Source: Podarcis erhardii
Lineage: Eukaryota
Length of the DNA: 64,000 nucleotides
Reading direction: 5' to 3' (one strand)
NCBI GenBank assembly: GCA_964252035.1
Contig: OZ176204.1
Below the pieces are notes generated by a model, which saw nothing but the letters and a program-made list of their open reading frames with translations, was not told the origin of the DNA and made no database searches. Shown piece by piece: positions 12,985 through 25,200 of this stretch; position 1 is the stretch's first letter; every line of letters starts with the position of its first letter. The position numbers and the translations under genes are program-made.

Positions 12985-13067
12985 AGGCTGCAGTTCTAAC
13001 CCCACTTATCTTGGAGTAAGCCCCTTTGAGTTCAGAGGGACTTGCTTCTAAGTAGACATGGTTAAGA
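12985..13067. repeat. Old short palindromic interspersed repeat (MITE-like)
   Basis: aggctgcagttct..cccacttatcttggagtaagcccc..gggacttgcttctaagtagacatggttaagattacagctt has self-complementary ends. Related copies occur elsewhere in the window. Confidence 0.55.
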
Positions 13068-14309
13068 TTACAGCTTCACTTTTGTGCTCTGTCCCCATCA
13101 TATCCCCAGATATAGACCCCAGACATATATCGTGGCTCCAGTGGCTTTCCACTGTGGGAAGTCATCCTGATATGCTGTAAAAGAAGCACTTGTTTGGGCA
13201 AGACATTGGCAATGTTTACATGCTGCCAATCAGCCCAGCCAGTGAAGCAGCACCTCTGGGGGGAAGGAGATCTCCATTTTACTATCAGGATGGGCATCTT
13301 AGCCTAGGTAAAGCTGAGGTGATGTCAGCCTCAGTGCTGCTATCTTGTGATGAACTGTAAAGAAGCCTTATGTAGGATGAATTAGGACTACGTCAAAGGG
13401 CTATATGGAGGCCTCCACCCCAAGAAAACAGTGCTGGTTCAACAACTGTCAGGGTGTATCATGTTTGCAAAGTGGATTTGCAGTTCCATATAGCAAAAGT
13501 AACTTTTTTAAAGCTCCTGCGCATGTTTAAATTTACTCAAATGCCCTTGAGATAAGATTATAAGAATCACAAATGCCACTGTTGCGGATGATTTTTAATG
13601 CCCCTCCACTTTAAAGAGCAATCTTTTGAGGTTTCCATCCCTTCACTTCATTAAGAAGCTTTCATCCTTGCTTTCCCCTCCCCATTAAGAAATGTAACAA
13701 AATAAAATGGAAATTTTGTTTCCAAATGTGCTTTGGAATCAAGGCTACAATTTATGCCTTCTTATTAAAACTTAAGTGATTAATATTAAAGTTTGTAGTT
13801 CTTAAAAGATTAAGTATTCCAAGTGCTTCTCAGCAGTCTATGCTAATTGAGCCCCCCTCAGTGGCACTAAGAGATTCATAATGTATCGAGAGAGAATTTA
13901 TACTGAATTACAAACAATTGGCCTGGGCTTTCAAAGTTCCAGTCTGGAAAAGAACAATTATTAGCAGATGCTAATGACTTAAAAAGAGAAGTCATAATGA
14001 TGTCCAATGTTTTAGGGGTGTAAACAGAAAGAATGGCAGCATAATGTAGCTAATTATGTAGTGGAGCAGCACCACTCACATGACCTCCCTCTCACTGAGT
14101 CGCTGCTGCATTCTGGGATGAAGAGGGGAAGGGGCATGGTGGTGGCAAGGTTGACATGGTGCAAATATGTCAGTAGGAATGCCAGATTACCTCTGCCAGC
14201 ATGTTTGCACCACACCCACCTCACTGCTCTGTTGCCCTTTAACCTGGTTTGCAGAAGCAACTCAGCCAGAGGGAAGTCAGGTGAGTAGTGCATTCCCAGT
14301 GCATTTCTT

Positions 14310-15405
14310 GACTTCCGGCGCAGCTGCCATGGCGAACTGCCGATCCCATGGTAGTGGATGCCAGCCGTGCAGTTAATTAAGGATAATTTGGGAGTATTAT
14401 CCCCAGGGTCGTGGGGGGGAGGCAGAGCTTTCTCTTGTGGATCGTCCGATAACTGCTTCTGGTTCCAGTGGAATGCGGAGTCCGGGACGCAGAGGGCATA
14501 GCACTGCCCGTATTGGAAACTCCCCAATGCAGTTGCCATGAGCGGAGGTATCTCTGTTTCTTTTAAGATGTATCTGAATTTGGACTAAAGAAACAGACGT
14601 GTTTTGGAAGAAGGAGAAAGATAACCTGCGAAATGAATCAGCCACTGAGTGCCAAGGTTTTGATCTGGAGAGGACTCTCGTAATTGGAATGCTACGTAAG
14701 TGAAGGGAGCCTTTATACATTATTTTTGCTGTGCTATGAATTGGAAAGCCTTCACTGAAAAAGAATCAAATATTAATGGAAGGAAATTACTAATGGATTA
14801 CAACTACATATGGAATGCAAGAGGGATTCAACAAGAACTTATAATTTTCTTTACGGGGTGCTTGAAAGGATAGACTGCATGAAATACTGTGATGACTTGT
14901 AACATTGCCAACTAAAGAGAGCTCTAGTTCTGATTTATAATGGTTTTGGTGTGACGCAGACGGACTTGTTTCTGCTTTCGGTTTCAGAGAGGCAAAATTG
15001 AGCTGTGACGCACCTAGAAATGAGCTTTTGAAGGAGGGGCAATGTTGAAGAAAATTGACTGATTATAATGTCAAGGAAATGAAGAAGGTAAACAAATATT
15101 TCACATAGCTACAGGATATAATTTCCCTCTGCAAGTTAATGAATTTGGATTTATTAAACACAATCAAAAGTCATCACACCAGTGGCTGCTAGAACAAAGG
15201 ATTAAGATAGGAATTGTGGAACTTGGACTAATTAAGAGAATTGGCACAGGATCAAGGAATATCAACTCCTGATAGCCAGAACACGGAAAGTCACCCAAAA
15301 ATGTTTCATTCAGAACTGTTTAATTGGCTTTTTTGATTTTATTGTGATTTGGCATGATTTGGCATTTTATTAATGTGGCCTCCATTGGATTGTTATTAAT
15401 TAAAA

Positions 15406-15452
<47 letters not shown>
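14310..15452 (+). mobile_element. Short non-autonomous element with an L1-type 5' end and (TTA)n tail, ~1.14 kb
   Basis: Starts GACTTCCGG..CCATGGCG, like the 5' end of the element at 60331. Shares gtgcttgaaaggat (14858-14871) with the start of that element's ORF1 (59548-59561, minus). Ends in (TTA)n at ~15405-15452. Only a partial flank match, gcatttctt at 14301-14309 and 15465-15473. Confidence 0.6.
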
Positions 15453-15453
<1 letters not shown>

Positions 15454-17479
15454 TAAAAAGAGTAGCATTTCTTCAGGTGTGATCCATTTTAAAGTTTATC
15501 CAAAAACAGAGCAGCCTATTCAGAACTGGGGCAGAAATTAAATTTCACAAAATGTAAAAGTCAGTGAATGCTTAAATTTCAGCTTGTAATTTGGTGGAGA
15601 AATTCAGCCTTGGGGAATCCCAATTTGACAACAAAGTTAAAAAAAAATCACCTGCTTTGACTTCTTTGAATGGCTAGTACAAAATTCCTTAATTATATTG
15701 CAACTCATTTATCAGATGGTGTCAAATGTTGGCTGCTATTTGTCATCCACTTACTATTAGATATTACTGGTTTCTCGTCAAAACTGTCAAATTCTGTCAT
15801 ACACAAATTATGGGAACTGTTGAGATAAGCAGAATACACCTGAATGATATTCATTGTGAAAATTCTCAGAGGAAAATTTTAAGGAAATTCTGGGCAGATT
15901 TGTTTTAGTTCTCATCATAATTACTGGAAACATTGGAAACATCACAAGTGCAAAGCATGACTAATGAATATTTTTGGGATCTCCCCCAATTAATTATACG
16001 ACGGTTTTATAGTAGCACATAAGAAGCTTGCAGCTGAGAGCCTTTCAGGTCTGTGAAAGTAAAATTTTCATGAAGATTTCATGTTGGTGAAAGTTAATTT
16101 CATTTGGTATGTTTTTATACATTAAAAAACTAATACACTGAGAATCAGTGGAAATTCCCAGCAATATGTTAATTATTTTGCTCCCTAATCCAAAATGTTG
16201 CCCTTTAAATGTGAACAATTGGACCATAACATAATGACATCTTTATCCAAAACCATGATAACACACAGTTCTAAATGTGATTGGCTGATATAGCCCCACT
16301 GAGTGGAAGAAGTGATTGTGGAGAATGTGTCACCAATCAAGCCAGTAGTTGCTTGTTAACAGTCAATGGGAATGCTAGCAATAGTAGGAGCAGTGCGAGA
16401 ACATGGAGAATGATGTCAAACTATTTGAAGTCAAAACTAAGGCTTTTCAGAAAGTTTACAAAGTATTATTTGCTTTCGAAAGAAATTTGTATGAGTAGCT
16501 CATTATACACACTTGGCTATTGTACTGCTTTTCAAACCATTTTTATGGAAATAATTTTTTTCTAAAAGATTCAGATGCCAAGCTTAATCAGTCAACTGTA
16601 AACTGAGCTGCCTTGAGATTAGCAATTGCAGTTTGAAATTGCAGTTTCAAAACTGCAACAATGATTGAAACCAGGTTGCACGGGAATCGTTTAAGTCACA
16701 ATTATTAAAAGGGGGATGAAGTCATGAGTGATTTGCTCTGGAATTGCTATGGTTTTACTAGGGTTTGTTGCAGACAATCCTGGACTGTTTTCTCCACATT
16801 TTAAGGAAGGCTTTAAATGAAAGACATTGCTCCAGTCTCAGGTTCCTAGGCAAAAAGTTGTTGCATAATGTAACTTTTGCATTTCACAATAGATTCTATT
16901 TAGTCACTAACAAAAATCAAATATAGATAGGAAAAGAGGGTAAGCTACAAGATGTTCAAAAGATCATTTGTGTCGGTTGAAAGGTGACATAAACTTGTGC
17001 TTTTACTCAAAATCATTCTTATTGTTTCTATTTAGACCTCTCTGACAGAATAGCTCTCAATATATCTCTGAATAACTATCACTTTGCTCTTCTGGAACAT
17101 TTCATTGTTAACTTCCTGTTGTTGTTGTTTTAATTATTTTTCAGTTGTAAAGTGCCTAACATTTTCACACATTGCACAGGGTTTAAAAGACACAACATCT
17201 CCCTTTTGCAGACTCATGATCTGAAATGTTTGATAATAAAAGGAAACAGAATGGGGAGGGAAGCAAGCAAATTCAGGTACCAAGTCATACTCCAGCATTA
17301 TCATCTCATCTGGAGTGGTAGGTCTCCTTGCCTTCAAGTACATTACCTCTAGGTAATGCTATTCCCTTGGTTCTGCAGTGCCAGGGCAACTCAAAGATGG
17401 AGCAGAGTGTTCTTTCTGGGAGTAAGGAGACGCAAGTTCTCAGCCGCTGTTTTCTGTACACCGCTTACAGATATTTTTA

Positions 17480-17752
17480 TAGGGCTGCCATATGTCTGGG
17501 TTTCCCCGGACACGTCCAGGAATTGTTCAGAAAATGGTGTCCGGGTGGGATTTTGCTGAATCAGCAAAATGTCTTGGAAAAACCCTGACATATGGCAGGT
17601 TGGTCTATTTTTATTTTTAAAAATCTTTAAAAATCTAAGAAAAGCCCCAAAATGAATGCTGACCCATCTTTGACAACCCCACCCCCCCCCAAAAAAAACA
17701 ACAACACCTCAACGATGTCTGGATTTTCACTTTTGGGAATATGGCAACCCCA
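17480..17752. mobile_element. hAT-like MITE
   Basis: Termini tagggctgccatat / atatggcaacccca, with subterminal tgtc(c/t)gg motifs. The TSD is imperfect and lies in a T-rich context. Confidence 0.7.
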
Positions 17753-18583
17753 TTTTTTATATATTAAGTGGTATAGAAATGGTGGAAATAATAAATGACA
17801 AATGGATACCTTTTCTAAGATTGGTAAAGGAGTCAAAATCCCTTTTGTTCTGGGCTTGGAGGAATTTGGACCCACCAGAAGTGTCCCTCTACCAGTTTTT
17901 GTTAGCTTCCCATTGGAATGACACCATTGTCACTCTGCTGGCACAGCAGCCTCCCTTTCAGCTGACAAATATGGATGGATGGATGGATGTGCAGCTGATG
18001 GGATCCCTGCTGGTGGAAACTGGCAGAACCTGTGAATCAGGGCTCTCTGGGTCAGGGAGGGGGTGAGGCTGAGCTGGCCTGGCTACAATAGTGTGATAGC
18101 ACCTGGTCTCATTAGGACCCAATTGCTGCGCCAGCTAGAAACTTCAGCAAGAAGTTTGCGTTGTTCTTTAATATATATTTTTTTAAAAAATCTTTTAGAC
18201 TGTGCAGATGATGAACAAGTTATCTGTTGCATATTCAACATGAATTTTTAAATGTCCCTCAGTTGTTAGGAAGCCAGCAAGAAAAACAATAATAAGTGAA
18301 CATGTTATATATATTCTAAGCAGCTCTGGTTTATCAAGCTATAGAAGCTTTTCCTTCAAATTCCATTCTGGGAGAAAATCTCCCCCCACTACCATCAGCA
18401 AAAAATTACCATATGAACACTGAACATAACGAATCAACTACTTTTACTGAGGTCGTAGAGTCAATTCCCTTTGTAGCATAGGTCAGCTGTGTTAGGTCAC
18501 CACAGAATAATGGATAAAATCATGAATGGAATATTTCCAAATTCCACTCTGGTGCTCCGCAGAAACTGTTAGTCTTTAATATA

Positions 18584-19023
18584 TGTCAGGGGTGAGAGGG
18601 GAAAAGGCGGATGGATTACAGAGAGCCCCCAAAGATCGTGGGAAGCAGCACTTCCTCAGCGGAGGAAGGCAGCCACGCCTCTAGTGGGGAGGAGATGCAG
18701 GGCTCGGAGGATGCAAGGCAGTGCCAGGACACCTTGCCTGAGCAAAGTGGGGAGGAGGAGGGAGGTCCCCCGTTACCCAAGCCTTCCTTGCGCAGTAGGC
18801 TTTTGCGCAGAGAGGGGAGGCGCAGATTGGGGGTCAAGAAACTACTCTGCTGGGGAAGATTTAAGGACCGCCCACTCTCAGATTCTGCCAGTGAATGAGC
18901 AAGACATGGAATTGAGGCGCTCTGCATTCTAAAGGGTTTTTAGCACCAATAAGAAAGCTTTAGAACAGACTAGTGAGGCATATTGCCTGATTGCTCTCAA
19001 GCAACCACCCGATACCCTTAACA
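18584..19023 (+). mobile_element. Solo LTR (probably Gypsy- or ERV-type), 440 bp
   Basis: Begins TGTCAGG and ends ..TTAACA. 5-bp TSD ATATA at 18579-18583 and 19024-19028. GC-rich U3-like part, AATAAG polyA-like signal near 18948, no internal region. Confidence 0.7.
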
Positions 19024-19660
19024 ATATAGAATATGAATTATAGGATTATATGAAACGGTCTTAGAGAGAAATAATTGTTTTCCATATATTTATACAGAGA
19101 GATTATATAATGTATGTATATTAAATTTAATACCACTATGGTCAGTGCTCCCAAACTGGCTTGACTACACTTACATCTTGCACCAGATCCTTGGCACCAC
19201 TCAGAAATATGTCCAGCGTTACCTCCCCTCTGGTTCTTCTGCTTGGGCGCAGTCATTTAAGATATCAAAAAAAAAATTACCTCTTTGTTGTGAATGGAAT
19301 ACATATGTAGTCTGCCTGTGTCATGATTGTGGAAGTCATCCAATACTACAACATTTCCTCTTTTGTCTGAGAGTGATAGCTCACCTCCAGTTCAAAATGA
19401 CTCTTAGGGCCCAATATTACAACCTACAGCAATTCTGCCCCTTTGGGGGTTTCTAGATTGTTGGACTCAGAGCTTTCTTTGATATACCTAGCAACACCAC
19501 CTCCGTTACATCCTTCCCTGTCTTTCCTATGTATTTTATATCTTGAGAACACCAAGTCCCATTGATTCTCTCTGTTTTACCAGGTTTCTGTTATGCCCAC
19601 TCTATCACTGCTTTCTTCTAAGAGCAAGCACTCCAATTTACCTAATCTAGTGTTAGTGTA

Positions 19661-20022
19661 GGGACACGGGTGGCGCTGTGGGTAAAAGCCTCAGTGCCTA
19701 GGACTTGCTGATCGAAAGGTCGGCGGTTCGAATCCCTGCGGCGGGGTGCGCTCCCGTTGCTCAGTCCCAGCGCCTGCCAACCTAGCAGTTCAAAAGCACC
19801 CCCAGGTGCAAGTAGATAAATAGGGACCGCTTACTGGCGGGAAGGTAAACGGTGTTTCCGTGTGCTGCGCTGGCTCGCCAGATGCAGCTTTGTCACGCTG
19901 GCCACGTGACCCGGAAGTGTCTCCGGACAGCGCTGGTCCCCGGCCTCTTAAGTGAGATGGGCGCACAACCCTAGAGTCGGACACGACTGGCCCCTACGGG
20001 CAGGGGTACCTTTACCCTTTTT
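19661..20022 (+). mobile_element. Sauria SINE (tRNA-related head), full length
   Basis: Pol III A box GGTGGCGCTGTGG and B box GGTTCGAATCC. BovB-like 3' end gagtcggacacgactg..gggtacctttacc. 13-bp TSD TAGTGTTAGTGTA at 19648-19660 and 20023-20035. Confidence 0.93.
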
Positions 20023-20609
20023 TAGTGTTAGTGTATAAGCACTTGCATACAGTCTCTCTCTCTTCAAGGGACTTCGGCATGTATTTTCACCTGTGGTGCT
20101 TTAGCCTCTCTTCATTGCTATTCCTTTGCAGATGTCAATGCTGAATGCGTGGATGTTTCATGGATGGAGATGGAATGGCATGAAATGTCAGGGATGGGGT
20201 TAGAAGGCATAGGGAAGACTCATTGGAAGACAGCTCATTGGCTTTATGAAGAAGGCCGGTGGAGAGAAGAAGGAGACTTTGTGGGGGATTTGTTCAATGT
20301 GGTAACATCCAAGGGGCAAATCTTTTTTTAAAAAAAATAGTAAAGAGAACTTTAGACAGTAAGTCTATACATGAAAATACAGTTTCTGTATTTTTTTATA
20401 GAATTTTTATAGAATTCTGGATTTTTTTATAGAAACTAAGTTACTTCAAGCATAAGGACAGTCAGCTGGTCTCCAAGACCAGGAGCAAATGGCTAGTAGT
20501 ACTGTTTCTCAAACATGTTGTGGGATAATTTGAGCAAGAGTTCACATAGCTACTGGTACCCAAACCTGCTGGATAGGCTTTGTAGCAGTCCTCATGCAAA
20601 TTGAAGAAT

Positions 20610-20783
20610 ATCTAACTTTTAGAAGACACCTGAAGGCAGCCCTGTTTAGGGAAGTTTTTAATGTCTGATGTTTTATTGTGCTTTTAATTCTGTTGGGAAC
20701 CCCTCAGAGTGGTTGGGGAAACCCAGCCAGATTGGGGGGGGGTATAAATTATTGTTGTTGTTGTTGTTGTTGTTGTTATTACT
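20610..20783 (+). mobile_element. L2-type LINE 3' end with (TTG)n/(TTA)n tail
   Basis: agaagacacctgaaggcagccctgtttagggaag..cagagtggttggggaaacccagccagat..ggggtataaattattgttgttg. Confidence 0.75.
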
Positions 20784-21462
20784 ACTGTGGACTTAAGTCT
20801 TACTTTTCTCCTGCATTGAGAACTTTTGTGAGTGGATGACATCTCCTGAATGAAAATAGGATTCTTTTGGATACATTCCAATGAAAACAGTGATCTGTTT
20901 GTGGCTTTATAAGTATGGTAAAACTGAAAGTCAAACTTACTGCTAGGTGTGTCCTTTAAGTCTGCAGTTCTTTAAATAATTGCTATGCGTTTAAAATGAG
21001 TGGATTCTCTGCTATCTCTATATTTTTCTGGAGAGACAGCCACTATCTCTTGGCCCATACGCTCATTACTATTCACAGCGAAGCGTCAGCATAATAAGGG
21101 CATCTGTAATTACCTTCAGATCCCGTGTTGTACATTTCCTTGCCAACAGAACATTCTCTAGGGAAGCTTCCACCTTCACTCATACATTGCTTGGAGGTTG
21201 TTGGGGTGGTTTGTTGTTGTTTTTTTGTTACATACAGAGATGCAGCAGTGACAGCATCCAATTGTTTTTTCTAGGCAACTCAGAAGAATAATTCTGCTGA
21301 AGTTTATTACATCTTCTTGGTTTGGATCTTACCAGAGCAACCTTGGAAGGGTTGAGGAAGAAGTTGTGCCATTAGGATGCATCCACGGCACAGGTCCACC
21401 CCAAGTGTTATTAATACCCTCTCCCCAATATTTTTCCATCTTACCCACTCATGCTCCTACAG

Positions 21463-21598
21463 CAGTGATAGCCAAACTTGGCCCTCCAGCTGTTTTGAGA
21501 CTACAATTCCCATCATCCCTGACCATTGGTCCTGTTAGCTAGGGATAATAAGAGTTGTAGTCCCAAAACAGCTGGAGGGCCAAGTTTGGCCATCATTG
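21463..21598. mobile_element. hAT (Charlie-like) palindromic MITE, 136 bp
   Basis: Near-complete palindrome, arms CAGTGATAGCCAAACTTGGCCCTCCAGCTG. Perfect 8-bp TSD TCCTACAG at 21455-21462 and 21599-21606. Confidence 0.93.
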
Positions 21599-21893
21599 TC
21601 CTACAGCATCAACTTAATCAACAATAAAACAAATTCCTTCCAGTAGCACCTTAAAGACCAACTAAGTCAGTTCTTGGTATGAGCTTTCGTGTGCATGCAC
21701 ACTTCTTCAGATACACACAATGTATCTGAATCAACAATGAATTAATCAACAATGTATCACTTCCTCTGTATCTCTCAAATATTTGCTGCTCTCCACTTCT
21801 TGAAGCTGGTGGATTCTACCTCCATGCCATAGTCACATTCTTTCTCTTTTATACAGCTACATCTTACACATCTCAGATTGCATGGGTTGTGCG

Positions 21894-22082
21894 TAGGGTG
21901 GCCATGTATCCTACTTTACAAAAGGCAAGCATTTTTCTGAAGGGCTGTCAGAGGATAGTCCTGTGTTCGAAGGTGTCCTCTATTTGAAGGCCTGCCCTTC
22001 CTAAGCTCATAATAAAGAACTAAAGCCAAAAGAAGGGAGAAGAGCAGGGCCTTCAAAGTTTCCCATGAAGAGTTAGCACCTA
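21894..22082. mobile_element. Degenerate hAT-like MITE
   Basis: Termini tagggtggccat / gttagcaccta. Internal tgtcctcta..gaggata motifs. No clean TSD. Confidence 0.4.
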
Positions 22083-22114
22083 GACAACAGACTGACACAG
22101 GTGATCAGCTACAA

Positions 22115-22250
22115 CAGGCTTCCTCAACCTCGGCCCTCCAGATGTTTTGAGACTACAATTCCCGGTATCCTTGACCACTGGACCTGCTAACTAGGGATCA
22201 TGGGAGTTGTAGGCCAAAAACATCTGGAGGGCTGAGGCTAAGGAAGCCTG
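22115..22250. mobile_element. hAT (Charlie-like) palindromic MITE, 136 bp
   Basis: Arms CAGGCTTCCTCAACCTCGGCCCTCCAGATG. TSD AGCTACAA / AGCTACAG (7 of 8 match). Confidence 0.92.
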
Positions 22251-25200
22251 AGCTACAGTCTTCCTCACCATGGTGAGACAAATTGTATTTCTATTTAAAT
22301 TATACAGTAGTAATAATTTCTGAATTTGCATCTCTACTTATAAATAAACATGTGCATTTTCCCCCTTCTGGGGGTGATGCATAAATGACCATCCTTCTTG
22401 CTCATCATTATATTCTCATCATAGCAACAGCTCTTGGGAATTGCTTGGGGTTGTGTCAAAGGTACTGCTAAATAAACATTCTTTCAGTGCAAGCATTGCT
22501 GCATGTGGAACGGTCTGCACTCTCCCTGCATGCTCCCTAAATTTTTTCTAGGGGTTCCCCAAAGCCTCCGTAGAAGATTTGGGAAGGGTGCAGGGTGCAT
22601 GCAGGTGAAGGAAAAGGGGTAAAGTTTTGTTGCACAATCAGAAATGGAATGAGTTGATAGCTGTGTAGCTATCAGGTTGTCTCAAGGCCTGCTGGGGACA
22701 AGAAACATAAAAATGACTTGTAACCCTCTGTGAAAACACAAGACCTGGCTTTTAATCAGGTCTGTCTCCATCCTCGGGTGAAACACACAGGCTCCTTTGT
22801 AGGTAGAAAACAGCAATCAAGAGAAACTAGTCAGTCGTTATATAAGCAAAGTTGGAAATCAGTTGAAAGTTGTGTGCTGGGCAAAAAGTCAATAGAAACC
22901 AAACTGGATAGCTTTAACTAGCTGCTCAGCAGGATGTTCCCTCAGATAATAAAGCCTCATCTTCAGGTGGCATGAAAACCTTTTCCTTCAGTTTAGGTTC
23001 CACTGCAGAATTACAGGATCCAGTATTTTCTATGCCACTCAAAAAAGTAAATGCAGCTATTTTGGCTCATAAGAAAACTTCAAAATCCATATTAGGGAAA
23101 TACCTTTATTAGGAAATACTTTATTAGGATCAACTTATCCCAAAATAGTATTAATGTTTGTCAGCATTTGAGGAGGTACTTAGGGATGCTTGAGTAATTT
23201 CATGCATATGGATTCCATGCCCAAAATACCCAATCTCCATCCTTGTCTTTACTGAGCCTTGCACCAATATTTTATTGTCTACTGGCTTCCATAGCTATTT
23301 GAATATAGTAACACAGCTCCTTAATTTTGTCTCCTTAAAACACATAAAAATGTGGTTTTGGTCAACATGAACATTAAAAAGATAATGTTTCTGTTTATGT
23401 GTAAAAGTCGATAGAAAGGCATTCAAGACAAACCATTACATCTCATCATAGCTAGTCAAACCACATCTGTAAACAAGACAATAAACTTAAAGTGCCGGAT
23501 TTAAGCAAGGTAGGCTTTCAAATGCAAAATCATGTTTCTTTGAGGAGTCAAAATGAAGGAAAAGGTAGCATGATGATGGGTACTACAGGATACATACTAG
23601 TTCAGGAAGGGGAAGAAACAAAGGACTGAAAATTTGAGAATGCAAAGAAAAGCATGAAAAAGGAAAAATATGATAATATATGCAAATCATCAGGGAAACA
23701 GAATATGGAAGGAAAAGCTATAAAGAGAAGGTCAAACACAATCTTTTTTGCTCACATGTCAAGTGAAACTTAAAATGCCACAATATATACTTAACAATTC
23801 TTGTAGAAAAAATACATATTTGGGTGTTGGTTTTTTTTAAATTCCCTGGATGCCTCTTCACTTCATCCCACATCTCAAGATCATATTGAGCAAATTCCTC
23901 TTTCATCTTTCCAGGCTGTTCAGTGCCCACTTTTGGTGCTATTTGAAAACAAACAAAGCCCTGGAGCAGGGTGGCTCCACTTTTCATACCAAGTGGGCCA
24001 CAAGTGTACTTTGACATGGAACCTGTGGGAACACTGTCTTGGGCTTCCAAAAAGGCCTTAAGGGTTGCATGTGGCCTTTGGGCCACACTTTGGACTATTC
24101 TGCCCTGGAGTTCACTCTTTCTGGAAAGTGATTCCAGCCAGGTAATGACAAATTAGGGCTAGTATGGTGATGCCACCACACTACATAGATGAATGAAGCA
24201 AATTTAGAGTGATGGTAAAGCTTCCTGCCTTCAGTCTGAATGGCTAATCACTTCTCCTCCCCTCAAAAAAAATAATACTTTTTGTTGAACAATAGATTTT
24301 ATTTTATTAAAACTGTCTTGCTTGCCTCTCTGCAGTTCCTTGATTCTCTGTAATATCTCATCACACACACAATTACTTCATGGGTTAAAAAAAAGAACCC
24401 TTCTTGAAAATATCCTGTTGCTTCTGTAGCGAAGTCATATTGTTTTAAAGAATGTTTATGGGGAGAATATGTCAAGAGAGAATAAGAAATGCAGATGTGA
24501 GATATCTGATCACATGGGGCTAAAAGTCTGGTCGCATCTGATGAAGAAGGTACTTTCAAGTTTGGGCTTGTAATTCAGTTAGGTCTGTGGATGGGTGATT
24601 TCAGTGTTTATGCACTTTGTATAATTTCCCAATTCACTCAAGCAAGGGTGATGTGATCATTTCACTCCAGGAGCGAGCTAGCCAGGGCTTGTCCGCTCAG
24701 TACCACATACCAAGTTATTAACATTTTTCTCTTTACATGATCACTGAAGGTGCATTTATAATGGAGGTAGGTAGGGGGTCAATACAAATTTTCCAAGGGG
24801 AGGGAAACATCCTATAAACATAGTTGGTACATAAGAAAAGTGAGATGCATGAAGGATCAAAGATGTGGCACAAATGACCAGAGAATGTAACATTTCAGGC
24901 TTTTTGCTCCATATAGTATTGGTGACTATAAAGTTCTGTGAATCTGCAATGAGCTATCTTGTTACTACCAATTTACAAGTGAAGATGAAATGCAGAAGAA
25001 AATCTGCACGAGTTCTTTCCAGAAGACAGAGATTTAACCTGTTTGAGCCCTGATCTACAAGACAATCTTTCTCATTAAAACAGTGCTCATAAATCACAAG
25101 GTCAGGAATGGAATTAGTTTTTTAATATCTGAAGTTGGCATGCAGAGCTCTTATAGAGTTCTGATGCCGAGAGGAGCTGAACAGGTGTTCAGGTGAGCCA

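Noticed and set aside
14200-14280. Candidate exon ending in a strong donor CAG/GTGAGT
   Set aside because: The peptide is not protein-like, and the alternative 26-nt version breaks phase with the other candidates.
18611-18898. 95-aa ORF MDYREPP..
   Set aside because: Low-complexity reading of the solo LTR, with no gag or pol motifs.
23718-24086. 122-aa minus-strand ORF
   Set aside because: No recognisable domain and no flanking minus-strand splice signals.
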